Part shown: one piece after another, positions 1-13,199 of the stretch
Layout of the letters: each line of letters starts with the position of its first letter
Numbering within the stretch: position 1 is the stretch's first letter
Made by a program: the position numbers and the translations under genes
Assembly (NCBI RefSeq): GCF_009834535.1
Contig: NC_045704.1
Span: 29,760,001 to 29,824,000, forward strand
Reading direction: 5' to 3'
DNA length: 64,000 bases
Origin: Camelus ferus
Lineage: Eukaryota
Notes under the pieces: model-generated
Database searches by the model: none
What the model was told of the DNA's origin: nothing
The model's input: the letters and a program-made list of their open reading frames with translations, nothing else

Positions 1-717
1 CTTCTTCTTCTTCTTTTTTCTTAAAAATTGTCTTTGAAAACATGGATGTCATAAATCCCACCAGAAGGCAGTGATGTTATGAAATGGGCAGCTTGCTCCA
101 ATCAGACCACAAATGGAACACGAGACTGTTCTGTTTCCTGGGAGTCACTCTCACATCTGCCTGCTTGGGTTGGTGTGGGTCCCAAGGTTGGCACTCCCAT
201 TACTGCAGATCAAACAGCTACGGCTTTGAATTTCAAATTCGCCCAACAGTTGAACAGGTTTTCCTCTCTGAATACCTTCATCTGCTGATCTCAGATGTAG
301 AGCAGTGCTGCAGGGTCACATGGAGAAGGAGCCTGTGTCCCTGGGACTGATTCATTTATGCAGATGTGACATATGCCCAGAGCCCATAAGCCAGAGGCAC
401 CTTTCCCCACTAACTCATGGTGCTTAATTCAGATTACTCCCCTCTTATGAAGAGCCAATTTGCCAATTATCCCTGAAATTTCTGATTAGGTACCTTTTAC
501 CTAAGATACTGTGCCGTGGGCTGTGGACTTCTGAGGTTTATTTAATTCCCTCTGAAAGATGATTGGGGCTTGGCTGAGAATCACAAGCATGCCACCCTTT
601 TCTGGTACAAGCCAGTCTTTTTTTTTCTTAGAGGTCTTGTACCTTTGGGTTTGCATCTGGACAACGTGGATTATAAACAGCAACAGCAACAACTGTAATA
701 GCTACCATTTATCTAGT

Positions 718-895
718 GAAGTGGTTGTCTTTCTAGTTGCAAATTAGAACCACCTAGGGAGTCTTAAAAAGTACTGATGCCCAAGTTCCCACCTCTAGAG
801 GTTCCAGTTTCATGGGTCTGAGCTGGGGACTGGGCATTAATATTTTTAAAAGCTCCCAGGGTGATTCTAGTGAGTGCCCAGGATTACGAATCATT
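718..895. mobile_element. MER5A-like hAT-Charlie MITE
   Basis: Contains ttagaaccacctagggagtcttaaaaagtactgatgccc...tttttaaaagctcccagggtgattct, matching the recalled MER5A pattern. Confidence 0.65.
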
Positions 896-954
896 CATTT
901 CATGTCTACAGTGTGCCAGGAAATGTGCAAAAAGATTTACACATAGTCACAGGA

Positions 955-1085
955 ACTTGAATGAGGTAGGTATTATCCCTATTTTATAGACAGGGAAACG
1001 ATGCCCAGAAAAATTTAGTAACTCATCCAAGATCACCCAGCTAGTAGGTGGTGATGACAGAATATTAAGATTAGGTTCTCCAAAG
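955..1085 (-). mobile_element. MIR SINE fragment
   Basis: MIR core: gtaggtattatccctattttatagacagggaaac...ccaagatcacccagctagta. Confidence 0.65.
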
Positions 1086-2062
1086 TGCAGGAGAGAGACA
1101 GGCGCAGGGTGTTGGGACTGTTTGAAGTTTGAAGACCAGGGGAATTGAGACAGCCTGTAAACTGATGGAAAAAACAGGTGAGTGGCAGCATTCTCCTTTC
1201 CCAGAAATACGTGTGAGGATACACACGTAGTGCAATGTGAATGCACAATGCCTTTAGCTCAGCACAAAGCAGGAGATTTTACCCGGTTTCCATGAAGTAC
1301 AGTTTACCCACGAATTTGAGAGATGCCTGAAAAGAGAGCTCTGTGTCCTCCATCTCTCTTTCCAGAAGAGCTGGTATTTGTCAGGTAGACCTTTCTTTTC
1401 TTCTTCTGCCCTATAGAGGGAGAAGCCCTCCTTTTCTTGCTGTTGCACTCAAAAGGGAGCTGGGAGAAGCATCGAATGGCAACACAGAGAAGTCACATTT
1501 TGGGAGAGGGATGGCTGATGGGTGCTTTGGCAGGTGGGTTGGGACTGAAAGTGACCAAGGATAAAACAAGGGGGTACTTCAGGCTGGCAGTGTACGTGAG
1601 AAGGGGTGGGGGTGGCGGGCTGTGAATATGAACTGTTTTGAAAACCAGCTACAGAGACTAGCCTCTAGGTCTGACCACAGAGGAGCTTGGCCACTGTAGC
1701 ATCTTACCCTCTGTTGTCAAAGGGACCAGCCCTGGCACTGGCTAAGGCTTTGCTTTTTGTCTTATCATCTTTGTGTTCAGTGCTCCTTACTACTATTTCT
1801 TACCCACTTGTCTCCCTGTCATGCTGTGCTGGTTGAAAGAACACCCATATGTTTGAGAAATGCCTTGGCCATGGATGTGGGGGCTGAGCAGAAAACAGAC
1901 ATGAGTTATCGTTTTGCCCTTCTGTCTCTATTCTTCTTGTTCCACATGCCAAGGATTATCTCTTGGGGGTAGACCAGTCGTTCTAGAATATTTTACCTGT
2001 TTTGCTTACTGATACATATGCAGTACAGTGCCTGGGACATAGTAGGAGCTCAATAGATATAT

Positions 2063-2230
2063 ATGTATATTTTTCATTGAAGTATGGTCAGTTACAATGT
2101 GTCAATTTCTGGTACACAACATAATGTCCCAGTCATGCATATACATATATATATATTCATTTTAATATTCTTTTTCATTAAAGGTTATTATAAGATAATG
2201 AATATAGCACAGAGAACTATATTCAATATC
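2063..2230 (-). mobile_element. Short lineage-specific L1 3' end with small fold-back inversion, inserted in an L2 tail
   Basis: ttttcattgaagtatggtcagttacaatgtgtcaatttctgg is shared with the copies at 8722, 18565, 30245, 51128 and 54216. Candidate TSD tagatatat 2054-2062 / taaatatat 2233-2241. Confidence 0.75.
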
Positions 2231-3039
2231 GGTAAATATATTTGAATGAATGGATAAATAAATGGAATGCAAGGAAAATAGGAGAATCACAGAATCAGCA
2301 ACCCAGGACTTATGAACACCAGAAGCCATCAGAAGAAAAGTCTCCTACTTCTCCACTGGCACAGTGGTGTCATGTGGAGGTGGGATGTAGGATTGCCATG
2401 AAATGTCCCAGATTTTATCCTCCATCATTTCCAACATCCACTTACAAGTGAGGTGGAGTTGCATTGTGGAATCAGTGTGATTCTATATCTTTGCATGTTA
2501 AAAGGAAATAATACCTCTCTCAAAGAGTTTTGGAAGGATTGAAAGAAGTAGTACCTGTATATTGCCTATCATAATTCTCAACAAATGCATTGAGCATAGT
2601 AAATGCTTAATGAACAGTAGTTAATAATTATTATCAAGAAATAAGGTGTGGCATGCCCCGTTGGCCCTGCATCCTAGGGACAATTTATCTATGACCTTTT
2701 AGTTAACTAGTTGTATTCTTCTAAGCCTTTTTACTCCCATTTACATTCATTTTCTTATTTCACTACATATACTGAGTGCTGCTTAGCCAGATTCTCTGAG
2801 CTAGATTCTGGGGATGTAATAATAAACAAGACAGAGTGTTCCCTGCTGCAATACCGGGGTGCTTCCCATGGAGACGACAGAGCCCATGTCCCAGGATCCT
2901 CCCTTGGAGATCCTCCCACTTCTCTCTGGTCAGGGGGAAGACCTGGCCTTCCTATCACACAACTATAATGTCAGTAACTTGACTCAGCTTGATTGGTGGC
3001 ATCCACAATAGGAGGTGGAGAGCCACTCTTCCCTCTGTG

Positions 3040-3340
3040 GGAATGCTGTTTCCCTAGGACCTTGTTTGGCTCACCCCCTCTTCACTCAGAACTCCACACA
3101 AATGGTGCTTCCCGGGGAAGGGGGTGGGGTGGAATTTCTGTATCCCAATTCACTCTGTCCCATCACTCTGTGTTACATCACCTATTCTATTTTCTTCATA
3201 GCACCCGTCAATGTCCAGTGATATTTTATTCATACAACCCTTTATTTGTATATAGTCTGTCTCCCTTTCTAGAATATAACCTCCATGAGGTCAGGGACAA
3301 TATATACCCTTTTAATAGTTGGTACCATTGCACTTAGAAG
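3040..3340 (+). mobile_element. L2 LINE 3' fragment
   Basis: gtctgtctccctttctagaatataacctccatgaggtcagggac resembles the L2 3' end. Confidence 0.55.
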
Positions 3341-3505
3341 GGGGACGGGCATATCATTATTATTTGATACATGATTGTGATTGAAAGTCTTTATGGTCTG
3401 TCTCCAAACTCCCAGAGGCTGCTTTGGGCATCTCCCAGAGCTTCTGGAAGGTAGAATTTTCTCTTGCAGGTTGAGAAGGGGTTCTTTTGACAATAGAGTC
3501 AAAGA

Positions 3506-3709
3506 NNNNNNNNNNNNNNNNNNNNNNNNNNNNNNNNNNNNNNNNNNNNNNNNNNNNNNNNNNNNNNNNNNNNNNNNNNNNNNNNNNNNNNNNNNNNNNN
3601 NNNNNNNNNNNNNNNNNNNNNNNNNNNNNNNNNNNNNNNNNNNNNNNNNNNNNNNNNNNNNNNNNNNNNNNNNNNNNNNNNNNNNNNNNNNNNNNNNNNN
3701 NNNNNNNNN
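3506..3709. other. Assembly gap (204 N)
   Basis: Run of N in the sequence. Confidence 0.99.
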
Positions 3710-4644
3710 TTGCTATGTAAGGGAAATGAAACAGACTCCTAGCTTCGTGTGCAACACATTTCAGCTTCTGAAGGGTCTGGCTTGGGTGGTGGCGAGCTTT
3801 GTGGGTGGGGAGGTGGTTCATGAATTTAGACGGGTTTAATGTCTTCCTGGCTTCAGCACAAGATTTCCGGGGCATCAGCACATTAGCCAATTTCCAATGC
3901 AAACAGATTTGATCCATCACTGGTGTTGAAGAAAAGCTCTACCCCTCAGATCTGTCAGGTTCTCAAACATGAGCCAAATGAGTTAATATCTTCTCATTGT
4001 TGTCTTTATTAAGCCTTTATTAAGCCAATCTTGAATAATGATGTGTCCCTGTCAGAGGTCTTTTAATAAAGTAAGGGTTGCTTTATATAACTTCTCCAGG
4101 GAGAACACTGTGTCTTTAAAAATGCAGGGAGCCACAATGTCCAGAATGTAAGCGGCAAGGCTAATCCCCACAGCACTGGGCCTGAGATTTTAGCAGCAGA
4201 CCAGGGAGCAGCTCAGAATTTGTGGCACAGGCTTCGGAGGCAATATGCACAGGAAGCTAGATTTGGATGTCCTGTGGGCAGTAGAGGGAGGGGTTGGATG
4301 CTCTGGTGGCTGGGACAATGTAGGCTTAGTGCCTGTCTTACCACCATGGGAGATCCAGTTCGTGACTTAGTGCCAATGCCGTGGCACAGGGACAAATGGA
4401 GAAAAACCACATGGACTGGCCCAGTTCTCTTTGCCTCCACCTGTCTACATATAGGGATGCGAGTCTCTGGGAAACCCACATTTGGTTTATTATCAGTTCA
4501 CAGCTTGCTCACCAGGCCCAACCTGCCAGGACAGCGCTCAGTTTCTAAAATTGTCCCTCCTTCCTCCTTTTGTCAAGCTCCCCCTGCTGTCACCTAACCA
4601 TTTTGCTGTAAAGAGCTGATAAACAAAATCATACTAATGACTTA

Positions 4645-5180
4645 GGTGGTAGGTAGCTCATAAGATGGCCCCAGTGGTCCTGGCCTCCTAGTATTCACCG
4701 CCTATATAATCCTGCTCCCTTATCGCCAGTAGAATACTTCAGGGTTGAGGGAATGCCCCTTCTGTGATTAGATTAGAAAAGATGACCTTACTCTTACTAG
4801 AGGACTGTCTTGCTTTCTTAGCTTGCCCACACTTGGTGAAGCAAGAAGTCGTGTTGGAGAGGCCCCTGTGGCCAGGCACTGAGGGCAGCCTCTGGATGTC
4901 AGCCAGCAGGAAACAGGAGCTCTCAGTCCAATAACCCACAAGGAACTGAATCCTGCCAATAATCATGTGAGTTTAGAAGTCTGTCCTTCCCTGGTGAGCT
5001 TTCAGATGAGACTGCAGCCCTGGCTGACAAGTAGCTTACAGCCTTGTGAGACACCTGATGTAGATGACCCACCTAAGCTGTGTCCAGATTTCAGACCTAC
5101 AGAAACCATGAGACAGTAAATGTGTGTCCTTTTAAAACACTGAGTTTGTGGTGATTTGTTGGATGGCAATAGAGAACTTG
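4645..5180 (+). mobile_element. MLT1 (MaLR) solo LTR
   Basis: MLT1 hallmarks: aagatggcccc...aaggaactgaatcctgccaataatcatgtgag...cagatgagactgcagccctggctgac...tttgtggtgatttgtt. Confidence 0.8.
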
Positions 5181-5574
5181 CATGAATGACAAAGACTTAG
5201 TGGGCATCGTGTTCTAGGGAGGGAATGTGTCAACAGGCTACATCATGGTAACCAAAGAAGCATTTCTCTGATGGTGGTGATGAGCAGGATGGATAGTCCA
5301 CAGAATATTAACAAGGAGAGACTGTGGGTAGTTTCTGGAGCTTGTTTTTGAGGTTTGCCAAGAGGGTATCTCTTCACTCAATTGCAAGGAACCATGGCAT
5401 CTCTGTTTTTTAGTTTTTCCCTTCTGAAGAAAACCTCTCAAGTCTTAGCCATCCTGTCCCACAGAGGCAGGCATGCTCTGCCTTTTTGGGTTTTCATCTC
5501 TTGCTCTTTTATCAATCAACCAATAATCTGCCTTCTTTAAAATGGGAAGGCACACTCTGGCCAAACCATATGCC

Positions 5575-5790
5575 AAGAGCAGTTAAAGAGTGAGGTCTTC
5601 AGAACTTTGTTTATGCCTCTCACTCTGTCAGCTAAGTGAGATGACCTCTCAGTGTCTCAGTTTCCTCATTGCAAAATAGAGTTAAAATCATACCTATCTG
5701 CATACGATCTTTATAAAGGTTACATGTCAATCTCTTAGAGCTCAATATGGAGTACTTAGTAAATACTAAGTAATGAGTAAGTACTCAGTA
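5575..5790 (+). mobile_element. MIR SINE
   Basis: MIR core: ctctcagtgtctcagtttcctcattgcaaaatagag. Confidence 0.6.
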
Positions 5791-7269
5791 AGTGTTAGGG
5801 GTTATTATGGCTTTAACAAGTTCTCCCCTTTAATGCTTGCCTGTCCCCAAGGCTCTGGCAATAGAATGCACATCTAGAGGTGATCTGTGTCTCAAAGTCA
5901 TAGATTTCTCACAGAGGTAAGGATGCACCTGTGTCCCAGGGTCACTGCCTGTTTCCAGAGCACCCCACTCTCCTACTCCATGGATATTGGGAGAAGCCAG
6001 GACATCATGTCAGCTGTGCCCCTACCCTACCCCGGGACTTGAGTGGATCAGCTCCCCTTTCTGGACCTCAGTTTCTTCATCGGTGAGATAGGACTAAAAG
6101 CCACCCACTCTTCCTCCCAGGTTGTGGTGAGAGTTAGAGGGATGGGAATTTGAAGAGGACTGAGAAACTGAGACTCCATAATAGACTTAGAAAGCAAAAT
6201 TGGAGAATGTAGGCAGAGGTCAGGGGAGACCTCAAGGAGGAGAAGACAGGAAGCAAAAAGCAAGTCTCCAGGCTGCACAGGTACAGGTATCCTCATCCTT
6301 GGCCCCAGAGAGAGTGCCCTCTCCCCCTGGGATAGTGGGTGCTTTATGCAGAGGTTGTGTCTCACCTTTTTCTGAGCCTGGAACACAGGAGGCCCTTGGC
6401 TGATGCTTGCTGAGTGAATGTCTGAGTGAGTGAGTAAGACTGTGTGTTTTCTAAGTGCCTGTGGCCCACACATGACGCATGTGGTCCCTGGATGCTTAGA
6501 GACTCCTGAGAAATAAAGACCTGACCGACGGGCCTTCTATCCTGGATGTGGGTCTGTTCCTGCCATGCTGAGGCCACGTCATGATTTTCACTCCAGCAGT
6601 GAGCCTGTGGGTGTCAGGCTCAGGTCCAGAGGGTCAGTAGGGGAGCCCAGCATATGCACACAGTCCTGCTCCTGGAAGGGGAGGAAGTTGGCAATATGGT
6701 GACCCAGAATGCCAAGGCCATTCTCAGGCTGCCTCAAGGTGGGTTAGCAGGTGGACATTTGAATGGTGATGTCTGTTTCACTGGTCACTCATGAGTCAGT
6801 GCATAAGAACCTGGAGTTTCCAGGTGACAGTCCGAGGTCAGAGGTTAGGATACCCTGGAAAGGCCTGGACTGATGCCTGACAGTCTCTTTGGTGCCTGTA
6901 GGGATCCAAAGTAGATGGCCTCTGACTTGGCCCCAGGCCTGGTCACACTGAACACCACCATCTGACCTCCCACAGTCAAACCGAAGGTCCTGGGGGAACA
7001 GGATATGGCTGGTTCATCTCTGTCCTTGGTGCCTGGGGCTGGGAGTAAGTCAGTGCTAAATAAGGAAATAAATAAGCCAGTGAATGAATAAATGCACAGA
7101 AGAGGGCAGAGGAAAAAGTTCACATGTTCTGAAAAAGGCTGTAACCTGGAAGCCAGGAGACCTCACCTCCTGCATGACCCTGGGCCAATCACTTCCCTTC
7201 TTTTGATCCTCAGTTTCATCCTCCATAAAGAAGGGAGGCAGCCTAGACCAGGTCACACACTGGGGACTC

Positions 7270-7466
7270 ACAGGCCCTTCAGATCTTAAACATGTTTTGT
7301 TTGGCCAGCATTGGAATTTAATATGAAACTTACATGTATTTAGGCCAAGCACACACACTGCCCAGCTGTCCACAGGAGTAGCTCACCCCGGTACCCAATA
7401 CCCTGCTTGCTTACACATTTATATGACTTGCTGACTCCCAAGGGCACCTGAGTTTGCTACCCCTGG
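7270..7466. mobile_element. MER102-like hAT MITE
   Basis: tgttttgtttggccagca at one end and the terminus gggcacctgagtttgctacccctg at the other. Confidence 0.5.
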
Positions 7467-8721
7467 CACTGGAATCCTCTAGGAGCACTTTTGGCTTTGT
7501 CATTCTTGAATTCTGCTAAAGCAAGAGGGAAAATAAATGGAGTAGAAGAGAAGAAAAGGGGCAGAGGGAGAGCGGAAGGGAAAGAGAAGAAATAGGGGAA
7601 GGTGGGGGAGGAGGACAGAGAAGTGGAGAAAGAGATCAGATAAAAAGGAAAGTTGTGTTCAAGATTCACCCTAACCTGTCCCTTGGGTTGAAAGAAAACC
7701 CTCAGCTACTTTTGAAGAAAAAAGCATCGAAAGAAAGAAACAAACTCTGGCCTGGAAGAGACCCCCATTCCCTGGGCTCCCAGACAGTGTCCAGGAGGCC
7801 TGACCTCAGGCTGGGTCTGGGGATCAATGTCTGTTCCAGAAGGACTTCATCTTCTTCAAGGACCAGAAAACCCCTCAGAATTGACTGACTGTGGGAAATA
7901 GCACAGACCTTGCCTCTGGGGCTCCTCATGGCCGTGGAGGTCCAGGCTGTTTCTAGAGCCAAACCCAGGAGGAGCCAAGGCTGGGAGGGGCAGGGCCCAG
8001 AAGTTCTGTGGCCCTGGCCATGGTCCTGAATTATTAATGTTCATTTCAGTTATCCTCTGGTTCAGCAGAAATATGACAAAGCAATCTCAGATAATGAAAT
8101 CACCTACATTTTCTGCTGTTCACAGCAGGCTTTCAGGGGCAAATTGTGCCCCCACCATCACAGCGCTGATTGAGTTACATGGTTCTGGGTGAGGGTGGTA
8201 TCGATTGGTGTGTAGGACACAGATTAGAGTGACCTGAGAACCTTTCAGCAGGTCAGTGACTGCTCATGGGTGGCCTGTGAAAGAAAAATTTTTGAGGAAC
8301 AAGCAACTTTCAATTCAAAGAGGGTCTCTTGGGGGGGCATCAGGAGGCCAGGCAGCCCTGGTCTAGCCTGGAACAGCTTCACCCTTCTCCCTGCTCCTCT
8401 CTCTCAGTCTACTGTCACTGGACCTTCACACCTTGAACTGTGCCCTGTTATGGCATCTCAGAGCTCATCTAAGACTCACCTAAGCACTTTTATTGGAGAA
8501 GAAGGGACTTGCCTAGGGTTATGCTGCTTTCTTTTCCTTCCTTTCGTTCACTCTCCTGTACTGTCTCTCCATGCCTTTTACGTAAAATTAGAAAAAAAAA
8601 TCCAGAATCCTAAAAACCAGAAAGTAAATTTACAATCAGTCACCCAGAAAATCCAGGACCCCAAATCAGGTATAGCAGATGTTCACCAATGGGCCGAATC
8701 TACCACTCAGTCATAGTCTAT

Positions 8722-9005
8722 TTCTTTTTTTTCAAGTTTTATTGAAATGTAGTTGATTTACAATGTTAGTTTCAGGTATACAGCAAAGTGATTCAGTTAT
8801 ACATATATGTACATACATATTTTCTTGTCAAATTCTTTTCCATTAAATGTTATTACAAGAAATTGAATAGAGTTCCCTGTGCTATACAGTAGGTCCTTGT
8901 TGTTTATCTATTTTATATACAGTGATGTGTGTCAGTTAATCCCCAACCCCTAATTTATCCCTCCCCACCCTTTCCCCTTTGGTAACCATAGTTTGTTTTC
9001 TATGT
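8722..9005 (-). mobile_element. Lineage-specific L1 3' end, interrupting a MER102-like element (~8668-9240)
   Basis: T-tract followed by caagttttattgaaatgtagttgatttacaatgttag...tttcccctttggtaaccatagtttgttttctatg. Confidence 0.8.
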
Positions 9006-9554
9006 AGTCATGCTTTATTTCTTGATGGTGATTAAATCGCCTCCTTGGTGATTGAAAACATCAGATTTAGTAGACTACGTTTTAAAATCGAGGATATCAC
9101 ATAAAAACCTAGAGGTAAAATTCTCCTGAAATAGTGAAAGTTCTGGCTGTTCAAGCCCAAAGAAGACCAATTGTCCAGTGATGAAACTCGAGAGTCAGTG
9201 TTCTTTATTTTTCTCCAATTCTTTGAACATTGGCAACGTATGCAACCTTATAAGATCAGTTAACTAGCATATACCAATCCCCAAAATCAAAAGGAAGACA
9301 AAAGAAGAATTCGGTGGGTTTTGCCATAAATGTAAGTGGAATTCATATGACACTGTCCCTGGGGGTGGTTGTCTTCAAAGTGTTATTTCCTTTTGAAATA
9401 TTAATAATTAACCATTGTTCACCCATTTTCAATTATTCTAATTTTAAACGTTTATTAAGCGATAGGAGTACCCTTACCCAAAGAATAAAAATATTTTCCA
9501 GGCTGCATTAGAGGTGACCAAGTTAATTTCACCCTAGGTACGAGAGGATAGAAG

Positions 9555-10015
9555 TGTCAGGGTTCTCCAGAGAAGTGAAACCAACAAGATGCACACACCC
9601 ACAGATTTATTATAAGGAATTTGCCCATACAATTATGGGAGCTGGAAGGTTCCCTGATCTGCTCTCTGTGGGCTGGAGGCCCAGGAATGCTGGTGGTACA
9701 GGTTCAGTGCAAGCTGGGGGGCCTGAGAACCAGGGGTGCTGATAGTGAAAGTCTCAGTCCAAGTGCGGAAAGAGACCAAAGCCCAAGCAGCCAGGTAGAG
9801 GGTGGAGTCTTCCTCCCTGGGCCTTTTATTCTGTCCAGGCCCTCAGGAGATGGGATGAGGTACACTGAGGAGGGCCATCTGCTTTACTCAGTCTACCAAT
9901 TCAAATGCTAATCTCCTTTGGAAACCCTGTCACAGACACATCTAGAATAATGTCTAGACAAATATCTGGGTATCTCGGGTCCTGGTCAAGTTGATACATA
10001 AAATTAACTATCATA
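9555..10015 (-). mobile_element. MLT2 (ERVL) solo LTR
   Basis: Starts cagggttctccagagaa and ends ggtcaagttgatacataaaattaactatcata, the reverse of the MLT2 start. Confidence 0.85.
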
Positions 10016-10029
10016 AAGGGGTAAAATTA

Positions 10030-11918
10030 GAGGATTTCCGGTCAAGATGGCAGAATGATAGGGCCAAGAGCTTGCCTCTCCCTGCGACTGCAATGAAACC
10101 ACAACTGAATGCTAAACAACCATCGAAAAAAGACTGGAACCTAGCAAAAAAGACCTTCTGCAACTGGAAACAAAGAGGGAATCAGAGCAAGAAGGTAGGA
10201 GGGGCGTGCTCACGATATAATTGGGCCCCAAACCCCTTGGCTATGTGACCCATAAGTTGAAGATTTGTTAAGTTGCAGAGGCCCTCCCACAGGAGTGAGA
10301 GCTCTAAGCCCCACATCAGGCTCCCCAGCCCAGGTCCTGGCATTGGGAAGAGAAGGAGACCCCAGGATATCTGGTTTTGAAAGCCAGGAGGGCTTGGCTC
10401 TGGAACCCTCATGGGACTTGGGGAAATGGAGACTCCATTCACTTGAGAAGCATACACAGAAACTCACGTGCATAGGTCCAAGGACAGAGCCAGTGATTTC
10501 ATAGGAACCTGGGCCAGGCCTGCCTGCTTGATTTGGAGGGTCTCCTGAGGACAAGAGGGAAAGCTGGGACTCACTCAGGGGACATAAATGCTGGTGGCGG
10601 ACATTCTGGGAGTGTTAATCTACATGAGCTTCCTTGGAGGCTGACACCTTGATTGGATCATTAGAACCAAGATCTAGCCCCACCCAACAGCCTTTAGAGA
10701 AGCCTCAGGCCAAACAACATACTGGGTGGAAACACAGCCCCACCCATCAGCAGACTTCCTAAGTCACAAAGGCCTCTAGACACAGCCCTACCCACCAGAG
10801 GTCCAGGACCAAGCTTCACTTAGCAGAGGGCAGGCACTGGCTTCTCCTGCCAAAAACCTGCATAAGCCTCTAGTCCAGCCTCATCCAGCAGGGGCAGTTA
10901 CTAGAAATAAGAAAACAATAATCCCAAAGCCTTTGGAAAGAATCCACAAACACATAGAAAGATAGAGGATATCAGATAGCAAAGGAATATCTCCCAGGCC
11001 AAGGCACAAGATAAAACTCAGAAGAAGAAATAGGTGTTGAGGAGATAGGTAATTTATCTGAGAAAGAGTTTAAAGTAATGATGGCCAAGATGTTCAGAGA
11101 ACTCAAGAGGAGTATAGATGCACAGAGTGAAGTTTTTAGCAAAGAGTTGGAAAATATAAAGAATACCCAGAGTTGAAGAATTAAAATGAGTGAAATGAAC
11201 AATACACTAGAAGGAACCAAGAATAGACTAAAGGAGGCAGAAGAATGGATCAGTGAGCTAAGACATATTAGTGGAAATCACTACTTCTGAACAGAAAAAA
11301 GAAAAAAAGACTAAAAAGGAATGAGAATAGTTTAAGAGAACTCTGGGACAACATGAAGTGCTCTAATATTCGCATTATAGGGGTCCCAGAAAGAGAAGAG
11401 AGAGAGCAAAGACCTGAGAAAATTTTTGGAGAGATAATAACCAAAAACTTCCCCAACTTGGGAAAGGAAACAGTCACCCAAGTCCTGGAAGTTCAGAGAG
11501 TACCGCACTGGATCAACCCAAAGAGGAACACACCAAAGTATATAGTCACCAAACTGACAACAATTAAGGATAAGGAGGAAATATTAAAATTAGCAAGAGA
11601 AAAGCAACAAATAACATACAAGGGAGCTCACATAAGGTTATCAGCTGATTTTTCAGCAGAAACTCTACAGGTCAGAAGGGAGTGGCACAATATATTTAAA
11701 ATGATGCAAGGGGGAAACTTACAAACAAGAATACTCTATACAGCAAGGCTCTCCTTCAGACCTGATGGAGAAATCAAAAGCTTCACAGACAAACAAAAGC
11801 TAAAAGATTTTAGCACCAACAAACCAGCTTTATAACAAATGTTAAAGGACCTTCCCTAGTCATTAAACCATAAAAGAGAACAAAAAGAAGAAAGAGAAAA
11901 ACAAAAGGGACCTACAAA
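10030..11918 (+). mobile_element. L1 5' UTR + ORF1 (5'-intact element that breaks just after ORF1)
   Basis: Starts gaggatttccggtcaagatggc, typical of an L1 5' end. The downstream part translates to ORF1p. Confidence 0.9.
10965..11859 (+). pseudogene. Disrupted L1 ORF1p
   Basis: Track ORF 11353-11835 gives NIRIIGVPEREE..QITYKGAHIRLSADFSAETLQVRREW..RLSF..GEIKSFTDKQKLKDF, the ORF1p RRM/CTD. There is a premature TAA at 11833-11835 and stops or frameshifts upstream. Confidence 0.9.
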
Positions 11919-12197
11919 GGATTGCTTTGGCTTTTTGAGTCTTTTGTGATTCCTTATAAATTGTGGAATTGTTTGTTCTAGTTCTGTGAGGAATGTTGCA
12001 AGTATTTTGATGTGGGTTGTGTTGGATCTGTGGATTGCTTTGGGTAGTGTGGCCATTTTGATAGTGTTGATTCTTCCAATCCAAGAGCACAAGAAATCTT
12101 TCCATTTCTTTGTGTCATTTCAGTTTTCAGAGTATAGGTAACCTCCTTGGTTAAGCTTATTTCTTGGAATTTTGTTGTTTTTAATGTAATGGAAATA
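11919..12197 (-). mobile_element. Inverted L1 ORF2 internal fragment
   Basis: The minus strand gives [21 protein letters not shown], matching the ORF2p motif [21 protein letters not shown]. Confidence 0.85.
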
Positions 12198-12249
12198 TCT
12201 CTGCCAGTTATAAAATTCTGGGTTTTGAAGTGAAGAAAAAGTGAATGAA

Positions 12250-12450
12250 GGGCTGCAAATGGCAAAATATCCTTCTTTTTAATGGGTGAGTTGTATTTCA
12301 TTACATGTATATATATACACACATATGCTGCATCTCCATTATCTATTCAACTATTGATGTGCACTTAGGATGCTTCCGTATCTTGGCAATTATAAATAAT
12401 GTTGCTGTTAATAGCAGGGTATATGTATCTTTCTGAGTTAATTCTTATTT
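12250..12450 (-). mobile_element. L1 ORF2-end/3' UTR fragment
   Basis: gctgcaaatggcaaaatatccttctttttaatgg...cttggcaattataaataatgttgct. Confidence 0.7.
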
Positions 12451-12569
12451 TGTGGTTGGCTTTATTCCTTTGATAACTATGTAAGTTTAAAAAGCTAAAT
12501 CTGTAAACATTCTTTAAAACAATGAACAGTACATATATGTAAATTAAAAGATAAATGTGCAGTAAAAAA

Positions 12570-12900
12570 AAAAAATCAAGCCATGAAAGCCATAGAAGAA
12601 ACTTAAAAGATATATTACTAAATGAAAGAAGGCAGTCCAAAAGGGCTACAAACTGTATGATTCCAACCAAATGACCTTCTGGAAAAGGCACAGCTACAGA
12701 AACAATAAAAAGATCATAGTTTCCAGGGGTTTGAGGAGAGGGAGGGAGGAATGAATAGATGAAGCACAAGGGATTTTTAGGGGAATGAAATTATTCTGTA
12801 TGACACTATAGTGGCTACATGTCATTATGCACTTGTCAAAACCCACAGAATGTACAACATCAAGAGTAAACCCTAATGTAAACTATGAAAAAAAAAAGAA
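12570..12900 (+). mobile_element. Old L1 (L1MB/L1MC-like) 3' end
   Basis: ctgtatgattccaaccaaatgaccttctggaaaaggc...aaaacccacagaatgtacaacatcaagagtaaaccctaatgtaaactatg followed by an A-tract. Confidence 0.75.
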
Positions 12901-13199
12901 CTAATTCCTGAGTCAAACTAACGCTAAAGGGTTTGGAAGAAAAGTGGAAACCATCAGCGGAGTCACAGAAGGAAAGGCCAGTCAGTTCATAAAAAAACAG
13001 AAACCAACAACAAAAACAATTATAAAAATGGTAGAATGCATTGAACTGGCATCTATATCATGGAAGCATTTCAAAGAGAAAGAGAGACTGACTGTGTCAA
13101 ATGAAGCTGATAAAGAAAAGTGTGGACTGAGAAATCTTTTTTTCCTATGATAGAATTGTTCTAAAATGGGATTGTGAGGGAGACACAACTCTGCACATT

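Noticed and set aside
3360-3920. ORFs of 150-186 aa here, at 41964-42615 and at 51401-51894
   Set aside because: Their length is an artefact of reading through N gaps.
11353-12322. Long ORFs resembling real proteins (160 aa on +, 78-114 aa on -)
   Set aside because: They are degenerate L1 ORF1p and ORF2p fragments, not host genes.
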